Assembly: GCA_904063045.1 (NCBI GenBank)
Contig: CAJFCJ010000005.1
Location: 3,280,165 to 3,344,164, forward strand
Origin: Dimorphilus gyrociliatus
Lineage: Eukaryota > Animalia > Annelida
Length of the DNA stretch: 64,000 nt
Direction of reading: 5' to 3'
In this document: positions 61,094 through 64,000 of the stretch, piece by piece
Numbering within the stretch: position 1 is the first letter of the stretch
Layout: every line of letters starts with the position of its first letter
Position numbers and translations under genes: made by a program
Notes under the pieces: model-generated
The model's input: the letters and a program-made list of their open reading frames with translations, nothing else
The model's database searches: none
Told to the model about the DNA's origin: nothing

Positions 61094-61993
61094 ATGGCTA
61101 CAAATGTTTCTGAAGGTAATGATCCATAGCAAATATATATATATTTATATCTTTTTATACTTTTCAGAATCTTTATATAAAAAATTACACATTTCAAGGG
61201 AAGAAATGGAAGAATTAAATCTTGACCACGGAGTTTGTTTCTCTTTTTTCCTATCATAAAACATTCAATTTGACAAAATAGTGTTTTTAAGATTCATTAT
61301 ATTTAATAATGATTAATATCAAAAAACAGATGGAGCCAAAAAAGGTTGTAAAGAATCTTTTAGCCAGTGGCAATACAACTAATGCAGAAAAACTTATAAG
61401 AGATGGCGCATACGCTACCGTCTTCCTATCGGCAGCAAGCAAATATAAACACTTTAATAAAAAGAAAAACAAAAAGAAAGTACTAACATGTAAAGAAAAA
61501 AAGAATCTTCATTTATTTAAATTGAATAATGAAGAACAAAAGTATAGTACTGCAAAACTTATACATAAATTATGGAAATCTTATATAAAAGATTTATTAA
61601 ATTTAAATGATAACCAAAGGTATTTAAATTCTGTTATAAGTTTAATACCATATTATATAGCTAAATAAGTTTTTCAGGTTAGACAATAGTAGATTGCAAA
61701 ATATTCAAACAACATTATGTAAAGCCGATATGCATGGAGCTAGATTAAAAGTTACGAAATCTCCATGTAATACTCATATTGGTATTTGTGGTATAGTTAT
61801 TATGGAGAAGAAAAATCATTTTCATATTGTTACTAAAGAAGATAAGGTAAAAGTTATTCCGAAGAAACATGTTCAATTTACATGTAAAATTGAACAGCTT
61901 TTAGTAACAATATTTGGTAGTCAATTTTGCTATAGAGCAAGTGAAAGGGCTACGAAAAGATTCAAAAGTAACGTTGTTATTGATTTTAGTTAG
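61094..61993 (+). CDS. POP4: RNase P/MRP subunit p29
   Basis: IHKLWKSYIKDL, LCKADMHGARLKVTKSPC..HIGICGIV..E.KN.F.IVTKED.VKVIPK and SERATKRFK. Small 5' exons join in frame. Confidence 0.92.
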
Positions 61994-62177
61994 AATGATT
62001 TTTTTTCTATATTTGAATATAAAATGAAAAAGTTGATAATAAGAGAATATTCTTTTCATTTATAAAATTTCGGTCACTAACCGGTTATCCTATTAGCAGA
62101 CGACGCTTTGTGAGTTTTGCTCACTTTCGCTAGCATTATGAATTATATAAGTTTAAAAACTGTTTATTAGGATAAAT

Positions 62178-63251
62178 ATGGCAGTTATTAAAAAATTGAA
62201 AAGTGGATGGTTAGTTGATCATAAAGATTTCATAAACAATTCCTACACCAACGAGACATTTGTTGATAAAAGAAGCAGAGAGTATAAAATCGTATTTAAC
62301 GAGGATCTTTTTCGAATTGATGGTGAATTTCTTATGGATAGTGAATTTACTGCTAGAAATAATCAAAAATTAAGTACAATAAGAAAAAGGAAGAGAAAAG
62401 CTATTGCTGATGTAAATAATTTTAAAGAGTTAGTAATAATAGATTCATTCTTAAAGGAATTAGAAGAATCGAAAGATTGTCAAACTTATTTTGAAAATTT
62501 ACCAAAATCAATATTAAAAGATAATAATAAATTGGCGAGAAATTTATCGACTGATTTAACCAAGCGTCTTTCTGAGCTATCGCTACCTAATAAGCTTATT
62601 CAAGATAGGCCCAACGATAATAACGAATTAATTCTTGAAGAACAAACATTTTTTATACCAAGAGGAAGTAAATATGTTCTTGGAGATGTTTTAGATGGAT
62701 TTGATATTAAAGAAAAATATAATCTAATTGTTATGGATCCACCTTGGTCAAATAAGTCTGCTAAACGTTTGAAATGTTACAATCAGCTAACGTCTGATGC
62801 TATTCTAAACATAGATATAGAATCTATGTCAGAAGATAATTGCTTTCTAATTGTTTGGACAACAGAGAGATGGCATAGTTGGGTTATTGATGAGCTATTG
62901 CCAAAAAATGGTTTCAAGCATTCAGCTTCCTGGTTATGGTTGAAAGTTACCAATGCAGGAAAACCTGTTCGACCACTAAATGATATTCAAAATAAAGCTT
63001 ATGAATGGCTAGTTATTGGTAGAAGAGGCTTTGAAGAGATAAAAATTGACGACTGTAATGTAATATGCAGCGTCCCTTGTGCGTTACATTCGTCTAAGCC
63101 TCCCATTTATCAATTGTTTACAGATTATATAGAAACAGAACTCAATACATTAGAAGTATTTGCAAGAAATTTAAATATGAATTGTACAAGCTGGGGAAAC
63201 CAAGTTCTCAATTTTCAACATGAGCTGCTTTATAAAAAGAATTTTTTATAG
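62178..63251 (+). CDS. METTL4: MT-A70 family N6-adenine methyltransferase METTL4, intronless
   Basis: IVMDPPWSNKSAKR, LIVWTT, WLWLKVT..G.PV, KAYEWLVIG, CSVPCALHSSKPP and LEVFARNL...TSWGNQVL.FQ. Confidence 0.92.
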   Translation: MAVIKKLKSGWLVDHKDFINNSYTNETFVDKRSREYKIVFNEDLFRIDGEFLMDSEFTARNNQKLSTIRKRKRKAIADVNNFKELVIIDSFLKELEESKDCQTYFENLPKSILKDNNKLARNLSTDLTKRLSELSLPNKLIQDRPNDNNELILEEQTFFIPRGSKYVLGDVLDGFDIKEKYNLIVMDPPWSNKSAKRLKCYNQLTSDAILNIDIESMSEDNCFLIVWTTERWHSWVIDELLPKNGFKHSASWLWLKVTNAGKPVRPLNDIQNKAYEWLVIGRRGFEEIKIDDCNVICSVPCALHSSKPPIYQLFTDYIETELNTLEVFARNLNMNCTSWGNQVLNFQHELLYKKNFL

Positions 63252-63300
63252 CAAAACTTTTCTTAAACACAATTAAACGACAGAGAAATGGCGTTGTTTT

Positions 63301-64000
<700 letters not shown>

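Overview
AT-rich, gene-dense animal genomic DNA with many very short spliceosomal introns (mostly about 50-70 nt) and intergenic gaps of tens to hundreds of bp. This fits a miniaturised invertebrate genome; a compact annelid such as Dimorphilus is plausible, but the species is an inference. No prokaryotic features, tRNA, rRNA, CRISPR array or intact transposon were seen. Manual exon stitching gives 22 protein-coding genes: three mono-ADP-ribosyltransferase PARPs, ATP13A3-like P5B ATPase, urocanate hydratase, a 3-exon metallothionein, TEX264, an M14A carboxypeptidase, SRR1, an unknown 110-aa ORF, MTMR6/7/8-like phosphatase with FYVE, a single-Ig membrane protein, a small ankyrin protein, a Mieap-domain protein, a CARD adaptor, LRRC34, COMMD7, noggin, PPIH, CLK/Doa, NPHP1, POP4, METTL4 and a partial UPF0489/C5orf22-like gene. 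Metallothionein, the ankyrin gene and PPIH are missing from the ORF track, and COMMD7 appears only as a 5' fragment. Highlights: (1) a PARP14-like cluster with a tandem ISRE/IRF-type GAAANN array, suggesting an IRF-driven antiviral ADP-ribosylation locus in an invertebrate; (2) 11 dispersed TATA-CWG-TATA motifs that resemble Tc1/mariner excision footprints; (3) a canonical BMP-response element just upstream of noggin; (4) a CLK frameshifting exon flanked by unusually long introns; (5) an Arg255 carboxypeptidase predicted to cleave acidic residues; (6) SRR1 and an in-frame downstream ORF that may share a leader exon; (7) a CARD plus TRADD-N-like adaptor needing a GC-AG intron. All coordinates were read by eye and may be off by a few bases.
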